The notes beneath the pieces were generated by a model that worked only from the letters and a program-made list of their open reading frames with translations, did not search any database and was not told the origin of the DNA. A stretch of DNA of 64,000 bases. It comes from Acidobacteriota bacterium. GTDB lineage: Bacteria > Acidobacteriota > Terriglobia > Acidiferrales > UBA7541. This document shows positions 46,434 to 55,874 of this stretch, piece by piece. Both the position numbers and the translations under genes were made by a program. The stretch is taken from the NCBI GenBank assembly GCA_003224055.1, contig QHYE01000060.1, positions 739-64,738 of the forward strand, written 5' to 3'. Position 1 is the stretch's first letter, and every line of letters starts with the position of its first letter.

Positions 46434-47894
46434 CTAGCGTTGGGTGGATGTTCCGAGGATGGCGCTGAATTCTGGAGTGCCGCGGAGTTTCGCAAAGGCG
46501 GGCTCTTCGTTCAGCCATTCCGCGAAGCGGCCAGGGTTTTTCGTTTTCGACTTGGCACGGCGGAGCGCGTTTATCGTGCCTTTACGGTCTCCGTCCAGCG
46601 CTCTGGCCACTGCCAGATTGCCGAGGGCCCACATGGAATCGGGGTCGGCAATGCTGGCCAACTCAAAATAGTCTTTCGCGTGACTCGCATCTTTCTGATC
46701 TAGACGCGCATTTCCCATTTCCATGGCCTGAACCAGCAAGCCCGCAACAGCCCGTTTTATAACGCGCAATTTTTCCTCGCGCTTCTCGTTTTCGGCACGG
46801 CCGCGGAGGGCGGCGAGCTGTTTTTCCACCGTGTCATGAATGACCGGACGGTTGGGCGGGTTTTGCTGCAATTCGAAAAGCCCGGCAGAAATTTCCCGAC
46901 TCAAATCTTCTTGCTCCGTGAATTCCTGTTTCTCCCGCTTCGCGCCGTCGCGAACAGCCTTGTCCTTTTCCAACGCATCGGCTCGCGCACGAAGGGCAGC
47001 GTTATCGGCGAGTCCCGCAAGCATCTGCGCGGCTTGACGATATTCTTTCCAGGTGGCGTAGAGATCGCCGGATTGCTCGAGCGCACGTGCGCGATCGGTT
47101 TCCTTGGCGGCCTGCAAAACAATGAACGAATCGTCTCGGCCTTCCCGGCCGTTCTTCATGGCCTGCAATCGAAACCACGCAAGCCCTTCCTCCATGGTGG
47201 CGGCAGGTGCCCATTGATGCGGTCCTTCGAACGGCCGTAAGAAATGCTGGTAGCCCAGCTTTTCCAATTCTTCGTCCGTGCGCACATCCTCGGGATAGTT
47301 GAAATCGTAGGTACCCACGGCGGCGAAGACTACGAAGGGGGCGTCTTTCGAATCGAACGCAATGGGATGAAATCCTGCACCATTGAGGAGCACGCCAGCC
47401 GCGTATTTGCAGACTTGCGCGATCTGTGCGGCTACGCGCGCACCGCCAGAAAATCCAGCGAGATAGACGCGGCGGTCGTCAATGGATAACCGCGCGTGCG
47501 TATCCTGGACGATGGCTTCGGCTGCCTCGGCCTCAATCTTCCACGAGCCGTTCCGGGAATTGTTCGAACCCACGAGAATATAGCCATGCCGTTCGGCAGC
47601 TTCCTTCATCAACTCAAGAGGCGCGCTGCCGCGCGCACCCGGATCAAATGCGTAAACGATGGGCCAGCGCTTGTCCGGTACATATTGAGAGGGAAGATAA
47701 AGGGCGTAGCTCTGTTCCGGCTGCTTCGTGGCAGCGACGCGAGGAAGGATCACGCCGGTTTGCAAAGGCGGGGGCCTCTCACCGGGTACCCGGCCCTGTT
47801 GGGGCAGAAGCGGGCTGGCGATAAAAGAGAGTGCCGCGAGAAGTAGTCTGAAATTTGGCAAACCGTTTCTTCCTCCCTTAGACGCACGGGACAA
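46434..47894 (-). CDS. alpha/beta hydrolase (esterase-like) fused to C-terminal TPR-like repeats
   Basis: ...YALYLPSQYVPDKRWPIVYAFDPGARG...RVYLAGFSGGARVA (nucleophile elbow), then helical repeats. Confidence 0.75.
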   Translation of the reverse strand: MSRASKGGRNGLPNFRLLLAALSFIASPLLPQQGRVPGERPPPLQTGVILPRVAATKQPEQSYALYLPSQYVPDKRWPIVYAFDPGARGSAPLELMKEAAERHGYILVGSNNSRNGSWKIEAEAAEAIVQDTHARLSIDDRRVYLAGFSGGARVAAQIAQVCKYAAGVLLNGAGFHPIAFDSKDAPFVVFAAVGTYDFNYPEDVRTDEELEKLGYQHFLRPFEGPHQWAPAATMEEGLAWFRLQAMKNGREGRDDSFIVLQAAKETDRARALEQSGDLYATWKEYRQAAQMLAGLADNAALRARADALEKDKAVRDGAKREKQEFTEQEDLSREISAGLFELQQNPPNRPVIHDTVEKQLAALRGRAENEKREEKLRVIKRAVAGLLVQAMEMGNARLDQKDASHAKDYFELASIADPDSMWALGNLAVARALDGDRKGTINALRRAKSKTKNPGRFAEWLNEEPAFAKLRGTPEFSAILGTSTQR

Positions 47895-48018
47895 AACCGG
47901 GAGAGCACGGAATCACCGCTCTGCGGGTCGGGCGCCATTTATGCACGTTTCGTTCCCCCTCCTCTACAGGGTAAACTCTTCGTTTCTTCGGTGGCATTGA
48001 AATTACAGAGGCCTGCGA

Positions 48019-49413
48019 ATGAAACGATTCACGACGCAATCATTGTCTGCACTCTTGATGCTCGTACCGATGCTGGCGAGCGGAGCGCAGCAGACCAAAA
48101 CGCTGCCGCAGCCGGACGAGCGGTTCAAGGTGGACATTTTGCTTGTGGTGGCGCATCCCGACGACGAGGGTGCGGCTACTCCTTATCTGGCGCGGGCGCT
48201 GGACGAGCATAGGCGAATCGCTGTCGCGTTTGGCACGCGTGGCAGCAGCGGCGCGAATGAAGCGGGCGCGGAGCAAGCTGCGGCGCTCGGCGACATCCGC
48301 GAGATTGAAGCGCGGAACGCCCTCGCAACACTTGGGATTACAAACGTTTGGTTTCTTGGCGGTAAGGATACCGCTTCGCAGAATGTTCTGCAGTCGCTTG
48401 CAAACTGGGGGCACGGCCCTTGGCTCGAGCAACTGGTCCGTCTCGTTCGCTTGACTCGCCCCGAAGTGATTCTGACTTTCTTGCCCGGCACGTTCATTGG
48501 CGAGGATCACGGCGACCACCAAGCTTCCGGCGTGCTCGCAACGGAAGCGTTCGATCTTGCCGGGGATCCCGCGGTGTTCCCGGAGCAAGTTGCGGGACCG
48601 ACCAAGCGCCTCGAACCGTTTTTCGAAAATCTACGGCCGTGGCAGGTGAAGAAAATCTATTACTTTCCCGATGCAGAGCGGGAAGACATTTTTCGCGGCA
48701 AAGGCCCGGAATATTCCGTCAAGGACATTTCCAAGTCGTCGAAGCAGCCTTATTGGCGCATGGCGCTGGATTCGTTCCGCTCCCACCAGACCCAGGCGAA
48801 ATCCTTTCTCGACACGCTCTCCCAGATGGACGAAGCGCAAATCGAAAAAATAGCCACGTCCGATGGCGGGTGGACGGACGCACAGCATTTCGTGCTCGGC
48901 AAGTCGCTGGTTGGAGGCAGCGCAAGCGGGGATATTTTCGAGGGCGTCACGCCAGCCGCAATTCCCTTTGCCCGGCCGGAATTCTTGCCCGAGCCTTCGC
49001 GGCCGGACTTGTCCGTCGAGCTGGACGGCCCGTGGAGCTATTACGCCGAGTTCCGGCGCGCGCATGGACTCACGCATCTGCCGCATCCGGAACCGCCGGA
49101 GATTGCGCTTCAAGCTCCCGGCATGCTCGTGATTCCCTTGTGGCTCCGCAATCGAACGGCGAAAACACAGGAAATCACGCTCACGGCAACTCTGCCTGCA
49201 GGATGGACGGCGCAAAGCGGCACAGGGAAATTCTCAGTGGCGGCGAAACAGACGGCAGCGGCGCGATTGGAAGTAAATTTGCCGGGGCTGGCGGAGAATG
49301 TGCCGAAGAAATTAGAAGCGCAGGAAGTCATCGTTCACGCCGAGTCGAATGGGCAAAGCATCGGCGACGTCAAACTGCGCGTCGAACTCCGCAAGCGGGC
49401 GTTGCCGCAATAG
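48019..49413 (+). CDS. PIG-L/LmbE-family deacetylase with extra C-terminal domain, secreted
   Basis: Signal peptide, then ILLVVAHPDDEGAATPYLA...IREIEARNALATLG...GDHGDHQASG. Confidence 0.85.
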   Translation: MKRFTTQSLSALLMLVPMLASGAQQTKTLPQPDERFKVDILLVVAHPDDEGAATPYLARALDEHRRIAVAFGTRGSSGANEAGAEQAAALGDIREIEARNALATLGITNVWFLGGKDTASQNVLQSLANWGHGPWLEQLVRLVRLTRPEVILTFLPGTFIGEDHGDHQASGVLATEAFDLAGDPAVFPEQVAGPTKRLEPFFENLRPWQVKKIYYFPDAEREDIFRGKGPEYSVKDISKSSKQPYWRMALDSFRSHQTQAKSFLDTLSQMDEAQIEKIATSDGGWTDAQHFVLGKSLVGGSASGDIFEGVTPAAIPFARPEFLPEPSRPDLSVELDGPWSYYAEFRRAHGLTHLPHPEPPEIALQAPGMLVIPLWLRNRTAKTQEITLTATLPAGWTAQSGTGKFSVAAKQTAAARLEVNLPGLAENVPKKLEAQEVIVHAESNGQSIGDVKLRVELRKRALPQ

Positions 49414-49419
49414 CCAGCT

Positions 49420-50274
49420 TCAGGATTTTTTCGCCCGGGCGGCTTCCATGGCCTCCCAGGCAGCTTCGGGCAGCATGAGAAGATCATTGAACTCGCCGGC
49501 GCCGCGCAGCCATTGCCCGCCGTCGATGACCACGCATTCTCCGTTGATGAATTCCGCCATGTCGCTCAGCAGAAACGCCGCCAGATTTGCCAGCTCCTCG
49601 TGCTTTCCGAAGCGCTTCATCGGGTGCTTATCCTTGGTGTGTTCCTCGAACGGCTTTGACGGCATCAAGCGCGACCAGGCGCCTTCCGTCGGAAAGGGTC
49701 CCGGCGCGATGGCGTTCAGCCGGATGTGAAATTTGGCCCATTCTACCGCCAGCGAGGTCGTCATTGCGAGTACACCAGCCTTGGCGCAAGCCGACGGCAC
49801 GACGAATCCCGAGCCGCAATTTGCCGCCGCATAGGTGGTCACGATATTGAGCACGTTTCCGCCCAGCTTCCGAGAAATCCAGCGCTTGCCAAAGACCTGC
49901 GTGCAGTGAAAAGTTCCGTTGAGCACGATTCCAACTACGGCATTGAAGGCGTTGGGCGTGAGCTTTTCCGTCCGGGCCATGAAATTGCCTGCGGCGTTGT
50001 TGACGAGCGCGTTGATTTCGCCGAATTGTTCCTCGGCTTTTGCTGCCGCGGCCTCGACGGCTCCATAATCTCGCACGTCGCAAGTGGTGAAAGCCGCCGC
50101 GCCGCCCGCACGGTGGATCTCTTCGCACGTTTCGCGCAGCGGCTCTTCCCGCCGGCCGACAAGAAACATCCGCGCGCCGAGTTCGGCAAACCGCAAAGCC
50201 ATGGACCGGCCGAGCCCTGTCCCGCCACCGGTAAGAAAAATGGCCCGGCCCTTCAACAGATTTTCCTGGAACAA
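49420..50274 (-). CDS. SDR-family oxidoreductase (2,4-dienoyl-CoA-reductase-like)
   Basis: GRAIFLTGGGTGLGRSMALRFAELGA...LVNNAAGNF...AAKAGVLAMTTSLAVEW. Confidence 0.88.
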   Translation of the reverse strand: MFQENLLKGRAIFLTGGGTGLGRSMALRFAELGARMFLVGRREEPLRETCEEIHRAGGAAAFTTCDVRDYGAVEAAAAKAEEQFGEINALVNNAAGNFMARTEKLTPNAFNAVVGIVLNGTFHCTQVFGKRWISRKLGGNVLNIVTTYAAANCGSGFVVPSACAKAGVLAMTTSLAVEWAKFHIRLNAIAPGPFPTEGAWSRLMPSKPFEEHTKDKHPMKRFGKHEELANLAAFLLSDMAEFINGECVVIDGGQWLRGAGEFNDLLMLPEAAWEAMEAARAKKS

Positions 50275-50389
50275 GTTTCACCGCCTCGCCCGAATGACCG
50301 GTGGTGCGTCTCCCGGCAGCAGCGCGATTCTAGTCCATCGAGAGGAAACTTGATGTCTTTTTCGAAGTGTACTTTGCTGGCGGACAATC

Positions 50390-51271
50390 TTAGGGGTGCA
50401 TCTGCGCAGGGATGATCCGCCCCATCGCTTTTGCATACTCCGCGGCGTAGAGCGAGTTTCCCGGATACTCTTCGCTTAGTTCGCGCAGAAGTTTTTGCGC
50501 CACCACATCTTTTTTTTCTCTTCGCGCAGCTAATGCCAGCAAGATTTTCGCAAAGGGCTGCAAGTACCGCCCTCCGTCGATAGTTTTTTCCAGTTGCGCC
50601 ATGCCGAGCTGCTTGTCGCCGTGGATGCCGCCGAACCAGAGCATGAAGCGCTTGCCGCCCGAAAGACTCCCGATAATGTAGTTGGCCGAGCCCAGCGCCA
50701 CGTACGCGTCGTTCGCGTCCGGCTGTTCTCTCAGCAAGGACTTGGCATATTCGTTGGCTTCCTTCAGCCGCTTCAAGCTCTCGATATGCTGCTTCTTGAG
50801 CATCATGTCCGCGTTCGATTCCATGCCGGCAGCAAGAGTCAGTGCAAATAGTGCCTCAGGGTCGCGGTTGTTTCTTGCCAGGCGGTTCTTGGCGAGTTTT
50901 CGCGCCTGGTCCAGCGCGTCCTGAAAACTCTTCATCCGCGCCGGATCGGGTTTCCCTTCAATTCCGTGCAGGAATCTCTTCTCATTGAGGAAGAAATCGC
51001 TGGAGAGCACGCCCTGGCGGAAAAGCTCCTCGAAGAGATAACTCGCCGCGACCGCTACTTCGCCGAAAGGCTCCTCCGGATGCTGCGATTCCCAATTGTC
51101 GAATTTCTCGCGGGCGCTCGAAAAATCCTGAGCGTAAAGCAGGTGGAATCCCGAGGCGAGTTCCGGAACTGTTTTGAACGCCGGGCTGTCGCCGTCTTGG
51201 TTCGAACTCGCGGGGCAGGCAGCCGCCGCGAAGAACAAAACGCAGAGCGCGCTGTGCATTCGTAAACGCAT
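50390..51271 (-). CDS. secreted or lipoprotein helical (TPR-like) hypothetical protein
   Basis: MRLRMHSALCVLFFAAAAC (lipobox-like), then an all-helical repeat pattern. It begins 14 nt downstream of the methyltransferase. Confidence 0.65.
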   Translation of the reverse strand: MRLRMHSALCVLFFAAAACPASSNQDGDSPAFKTVPELASGFHLLYAQDFSSAREKFDNWESQHPEEPFGEVAVAASYLFEELFRQGVLSSDFFLNEKRFLHGIEGKPDPARMKSFQDALDQARKLAKNRLARNNRDPEALFALTLAAGMESNADMMLKKQHIESLKRLKEANEYAKSLLREQPDANDAYVALGSANYIIGSLSGGKRFMLWFGGIHGDKQLGMAQLEKTIDGGRYLQPFAKILLALAARREKKDVVAQKLLRELSEEYPGNSLYAAEYAKAMGRIIPAQMHP

Positions 51272-51285
51272 TCGAAACCTTCGCT

Positions 51286-51858
51286 TCAGAAGAGGCCCGG
51301 CAAAAAGCGCGGCTTGCCCATCATTGCAGCGCGATAGTCGGGATTCGCAAGGAGCACGCGCTCTTCCGTGGAGAGACGCTGAGCCAGGACTCCCATGTGC
51401 ACAATCGCTCCGGCCACGGCGGTGATCCAGGCCGTGTGAATCAGCGGAAGCGCCAGCATCTCGGCGAAGACCGCGGCATAGTTAGGATGCCGGACGTAGC
51501 GAAATGGTCCGGAGGTCACGACGCCGAGGCGCGTCGAATCCATCACTTGGACGTTCCAGTGTTCCCCGAGAGTCCGAATCACCCACCAGCGGACGGCGTT
51601 TGCAGCGAGAAACACGGCAAACATCGCTGCCGCGAGCTGCGGAATAAAAGGGCGCCGCAAGAAGACGACTTCGAAAGCGGCACCCGCCAGCACCGCAGTG
51701 TGCAGCAAAACCATCCAGCGGAATTGCGGTTCGTCGACCTTCGCCGCTCCGCGCGCAACCATCTCCCGCTGGTGGCGCCTGGAAATGTGCAACTCCACGA
51801 GCCGCAGCAGAGCCACGGCGAGGAGCAACGCGAGAAACGCGATCACACTCAGGTCCAT
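51286..51858 (-). CDS. isoprenylcysteine carboxyl methyltransferase (ICMT)-family membrane methyltransferase
   Basis: Multi-pass protein; GPFRYVRHPNYAAVFAEMLALPLI is the ICMT/PEMT-type SAM motif. The start overlaps the PKS stop by 10 nt. Confidence 0.85.
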   Translation of the reverse strand: MDLSVIAFLALLLAVALLRLVELHISRRHQREMVARGAAKVDEPQFRWMVLLHTAVLAGAAFEVVFLRRPFIPQLAAAMFAVFLAANAVRWWVIRTLGEHWNVQVMDSTRLGVVTSGPFRYVRHPNYAAVFAEMLALPLIHTAWITAVAGAIVHMGVLAQRLSTEERVLLANPDYRAAMMGKPRFLPGLF

Positions 51859-52943
51859 TGCAGTAGCAGAAACTCCGCGCTGAAGCCCGGACCGAACGCC
51901 GCTGCCACCGCGTATTCACCTGGTTTGAGCGGCCTTTTTTCCAGCCACTCCTGCAGAATAAAAAGGATGGTGGCGCTCGAAAGGTTCCCCACGTTGCCGA
52001 GAATATCCCAGGAGGGCTGCGTGTCACACTTCGTCAGACCCAACTGCGTTTCCACATTGCCGAGCAGACGCGCTCCGCCGGGGTGCAGGATCCATCCTTT
52101 GATCTCTTCCCGCTTCCGGCCGTTTCGCTCCAGGAAGCCGGAGACCAGTCCGCCGATCTTCGCACCGATCATTTCCGGGACGTCCTTGGCCAGCATAATG
52201 TGGAAACCGGAATCTTTCAGATCAAATCCCATGGCGCCCAGAGAATCCGGGAACGTGTAGGTTTCCGAGACGAGGATCTTTGGCCCGCGCGCCCCGTTTC
52301 CGCTGACCACCACTGCGGCCGCGCCGTCTCCAAACAGAATTGACGAAATCAGGTTCGCCTGCGAAATATCCTTTCGCTGAAACGTCAGCGAGGGCAGCTC
52401 CACGGCGATGATCAGCACGTTTCCGCCAGGTCTTGCCTTCAGAAACTCAGCCGCGCGTCCCAGCGCCATCGCGCCCGCAGCGCAGCCCAGCTCCGTGAAC
52501 GGCATGCGCCTCACGTTCGAACGAAAACCCATCAGATTGATCAGGTGCGCATCCAGCGACGGAATCATGAAGCCCGTGCAGGATACGGTGATGATTAAAT
52601 CGATGTCTTCCGGCTTCAGGTGGGCGCGCTCCAGGCACTTTTCCGCGGCTTCTCGCCCGAGTTTCACTGCATGCTCGATGTATTCGTCGTTGGTTTTCGA
52701 AAGCGGCCGCGGCTCCACGGTGTAGTCAATCGGGAAAATTGCGTGGCGTTTGTGAACCTGGGCATTGTCCACGATGCTCATCATCGCTTCGAGCTTCCGC
52801 TCGGGGATGTCGAACACGCGCCCCATGTAGTACTTCACGTCGTCGCGCGTGATCGTATGAGGAGGCAGCGCCGTCGCGGTAGCCGCGATGGTGGGATGCG
52901 AAGCTACGGCAGTCTCTGCGGATCGATTACTCGCGGAATCCAT
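51849..52943 (-). CDS. type III polyketide synthase (chalcone/stilbene-synthase family)
   Basis: ...IITVSCTGFMIPSLDAHLINLMGF (active-site Cys context)...VELPSLTFQ...ILFGDGAAAVVVS...WILHPGGARLL...GNLSSATILFIL. A GGAGA SD is present. Confidence 0.9.
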   Translation of the reverse strand: MDSASNRSAETAVASHPTIAATATALPPHTITRDDVKYYMGRVFDIPERKLEAMMSIVDNAQVHKRHAIFPIDYTVEPRPLSKTNDEYIEHAVKLGREAAEKCLERAHLKPEDIDLIITVSCTGFMIPSLDAHLINLMGFRSNVRRMPFTELGCAAGAMALGRAAEFLKARPGGNVLIIAVELPSLTFQRKDISQANLISSILFGDGAAAVVVSGNGARGPKILVSETYTFPDSLGAMGFDLKDSGFHIMLAKDVPEMIGAKIGGLVSGFLERNGRKREEIKGWILHPGGARLLGNVETQLGLTKCDTQPSWDILGNVGNLSSATILFILQEWLEKRPLKPGEYAVAAAFGPGFSAEFLLLQWT

Positions 52944-53205
52944 CAGTCTCCTTGGAGAATAACGCGGGCAGCGGCGGTTTCGCCGCCCTGTAAGCCTTTT
53001 GGATGCAGCGTTTCCGGCGCCCCTGCGTTCGAGTCACTGACTTTACATCATTCTTTGCAGGGTGTGCACTAGTTTGCGGTTGTGCTGTACGCTTTTATAC
53101 TCCGGCCTTCCTCACAGAATTTTGCTGTTCTCATGTCTTTGTGAGATTCGCGGCAAGCTCTTGCGGTATCGCCGTTGCCTTCGGCGGATAGGAAAACTTG
53201 CTTCC

Positions 53206-54687
53206 CTAACGCAATCCAACTAAACCGCGCACGGACTCAATCAGCTTGGCCGAATCGTAGCCGATGCCGTCCTTGAAAACGATCTCCACTTTTTCGATGT
53301 CGCTGATATTGGCCGATGGGTTGCCGCGAATCACAACCAGATCCGCGATTTTCCCAGGCGCGAGCGTTCCCACCTTGTCGAGCTGGCCGAGAAATTCCGC
53401 ACCATTCGACGTGGCGATGTGGATAGCCTCGAGCGGCGTGAAACCTGCTTCCACGAGCAGCTCCACTTCGCGCTGGTCGCCAAATCCGGCGATGACGCCG
53501 CCGTAGCCGGTTGGGTCGAGTCCCGCGAGAAGCAGTCCGCCCGCCTTAACGAAAGAGCGCTCGAAGTCCAACTCCTTCTTAAACAGAATGGGCCAACGGG
53601 AAGCCGCTGCCCCATCGGAGATTCTTGCGCGACGCGTGAGGTAGGCGATGCGTGCTTCGGGCGTCATCGCGTCCAGAACACGCTTCGAGAGCGGCGCGCG
53701 ATTGGGAACAAAGGTTTCGAACACCGGCAAAGTCGAGGTAACGGCGACGCGATGAGCCACCAGATCGCGAATCATTTCCTGCGCGGCCGTGCTATTCACA
53801 TCCAGCTTTTCCAGAGAATCGTTCTGCTCGGGACATTCGGCCGATTTTTTCCCGGGGAAAAATTCGGTGTCTACCACGAGCCCGTGTTCCAAATCGTCGA
53901 TACCGATGGCGGCCGCTTCATGAAATCCAATGGAACACAAATGCCCGGTCACTTTGATTCCATGCGCGTGAGCGGCTTTCACGGCGGCCGCCAGCTCGTC
54001 GGGCGTAATGTGCATATATGCCTTGAAAGAGGTCACTCCCTGCGCGATCCAGAACTCGACCGTGCGCCGCGCATCTTCAGCATCCTTCAATTCGTGCATC
54101 TGCGGTGTGAAAGAGCCCTGGCCTTCGAGATAGGGCCCCGTGACATTCATTTTTGGTCCGGCCAGCTTTCCGCCGTCAATCAGGCGCTTCAACTCGAGGT
54201 CGGTGTATGTTTCAACGCTTCCGGTTGTGCGGATGGTGGTGACGCCGCCCGCCAGATACAGCGCCGGAAAGCTCGACGCGTGCTCCGGATACATCGGCAG
54301 CGAACCCAGAGGTGCGGGGTAATACATGTGGTCATGCATCCCGATGAGGCCGGGAATGACCGAATAGCCTGTCAGGTCGAGCACCTTCGCGCCTTCGGGA
54401 ATTTTTGCGGTCGCGGCGTCGCCGATGGTGCTTATTTTTCCGGCGCGAATCACCAAGGTTTGGTCCGCGCGCGCGGCTGCTCCCGTGCCGTCGATGACGC
54501 GCACATGCGTCAACGCGAGCACCGGCGCGTCTTCCTTCACGAATGCGCGCACCTCCGGTGCCAGTGCGCTGGGTTCCTGCGCATGGGCAAAGCCGACCGC
54601 GCAAGAGACTGCCAAAACCAATAAACGGAACTGCCTCACCGTCCACCTCCGGCAATAGTCAAATCCAATATGCGCGAAAACTAACAC
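53206..54687 (-). CDS. amidohydrolase-family metallo-hydrolase, secreted
   Basis: ...THVRVIDGTG...VIPGLIGMHDHMYYP...VTGHLCS...DDLEHG...AGLDPTG.... Confidence 0.85.
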   Translation of the reverse strand: MLVFAHIGFDYCRRWTVRQFRLLVLAVSCAVGFAHAQEPSALAPEVRAFVKEDAPVLALTHVRVIDGTGAAARADQTLVIRAGKISTIGDAATAKIPEGAKVLDLTGYSVIPGLIGMHDHMYYPAPLGSLPMYPEHASSFPALYLAGGVTTIRTTGSVETYTDLELKRLIDGGKLAGPKMNVTGPYLEGQGSFTPQMHELKDAEDARRTVEFWIAQGVTSFKAYMHITPDELAAAVKAAHAHGIKVTGHLCSIGFHEAAAIGIDDLEHGLVVDTEFFPGKKSAECPEQNDSLEKLDVNSTAAQEMIRDLVAHRVAVTSTLPVFETFVPNRAPLSKRVLDAMTPEARIAYLTRRARISDGAAASRWPILFKKELDFERSFVKAGGLLLAGLDPTGYGGVIAGFGDQREVELLVEAGFTPLEAIHIATSNGAEFLGQLDKVGTLAPGKIADLVVIRGNPSANISDIEKVEIVFKDGIGYDSAKLIESVRGLVGLR

Positions 54688-54760
54688 CGGCCGTCGCCTG
54701 GCGCAAGGTGCGGAGCGTCATGCAACGAGTGTGGTAAATTCGGAGCCTTGCGAGGTTCCT

Positions 54761-55852
54761 ATGGCCAAAAAGCTGCGTCTCTTCGTGATCCCTGTCCTCG
54801 GCGTGATGTTCTCTGGCCTGAATTGTTTTGCCCAAGTACCCACGCCGCCTAAGACCGCGGAAGGCAATTTCGTCGTCAAGAATTTCAAATTTCGTTCGGG
54901 AGAGACGCTTCCGGAATTGCGGCTCCATTACACCACGCTCGGCAAACCTGTGCGCAACGCGGAGGGACGCGTCACAAACGCCGTCTTGATACTTCACGGA
55001 ACCGGCGGCTCGGGCCAGCAATTTCTCCAGCCGCAATTCGCGGGCGAGTTGTTTGGGCCTGGGCAACTCCTCGATGCCACGCGCTACTTCAGCGTGCTTC
55101 CCGATGGCATCGGCCACGGGAAATCTTCGAAGCCCAGCGACGGCTTGCACGCCCATTTTCCCCAGTACGACTACGACGACATGGTCGCCGCGCATCACCA
55201 GCTTCTCAGCGAAGGCCTCGGCGTGAACCACTTGCGCCTCATTCTCGGCACATCGATGGGCTGCATGCATTCCTTCGTTTGGGGAGAAACGTATCCCGAT
55301 TTCATGGATGCGCTGATGCCGCTGGCTTGCCAGCCCGTGCAGATTGCCGGGCGCAACCGCATCTGGCGCAAGATGGTGATGGACGCGATTCGTACCGATC
55401 CCGAATGGAAGGGCGGGGAATACTCGGCGGAGCCGCAGCAGGCGTTGCGCACCGTGCTGGACTTTCTTCTGATTGCAGGAAGCGCGCCGCTCTATATGCA
55501 GAAAACGCTGCCCACGCGGGACGCCGCGGACAAATATCTGGATGATTATTTCAAGGCGCGCCTTGCGGGGCTGGACGCCAACGATTTCCTGTACCAGGTG
55601 AATGCTTCCCGCAATTACGATCCGTTGCCGCAGCTCGAGAAAATCACCGCGCAAGTCATGTACATCAATTCCGCGGACGACTTCATTAACCCGCCAGAGT
55701 TGGGCATCGCCGACCGAGAAATCAAAAGAGTGAAAAACGGGCGTTTCGTACTCATCCCCATTAGTGACGAGACACGCGGCCACGGCACGCATACAAAGGC
55801 CGTCGTGTGGAAGCAATACCTGGCGGAGTTATTGGGAAAATCAGCGCAGTAA
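54761..55852 (+). CDS. alpha/beta-fold hydrolase (homoserine-O-acetyltransferase-like fold) with signal peptide
   Basis: MAKKLRLFVIPVLGVMFSGLNCFAQ...LPELRLHYTTLG...AVLILHGTGGSG...LILGTSMGCMHSF. Confidence 0.8.
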   Translation: MAKKLRLFVIPVLGVMFSGLNCFAQVPTPPKTAEGNFVVKNFKFRSGETLPELRLHYTTLGKPVRNAEGRVTNAVLILHGTGGSGQQFLQPQFAGELFGPGQLLDATRYFSVLPDGIGHGKSSKPSDGLHAHFPQYDYDDMVAAHHQLLSEGLGVNHLRLILGTSMGCMHSFVWGETYPDFMDALMPLACQPVQIAGRNRIWRKMVMDAIRTDPEWKGGEYSAEPQQALRTVLDFLLIAGSAPLYMQKTLPTRDAADKYLDDYFKARLAGLDANDFLYQVNASRNYDPLPQLEKITAQVMYINSADDFINPPELGIADREIKRVKNGRFVLIPISDETRGHGTHTKAVVWKQYLAELLGKSAQ

Positions 55853-55874
55853 GCAGTTCGAGGCGGCGCGTGGG

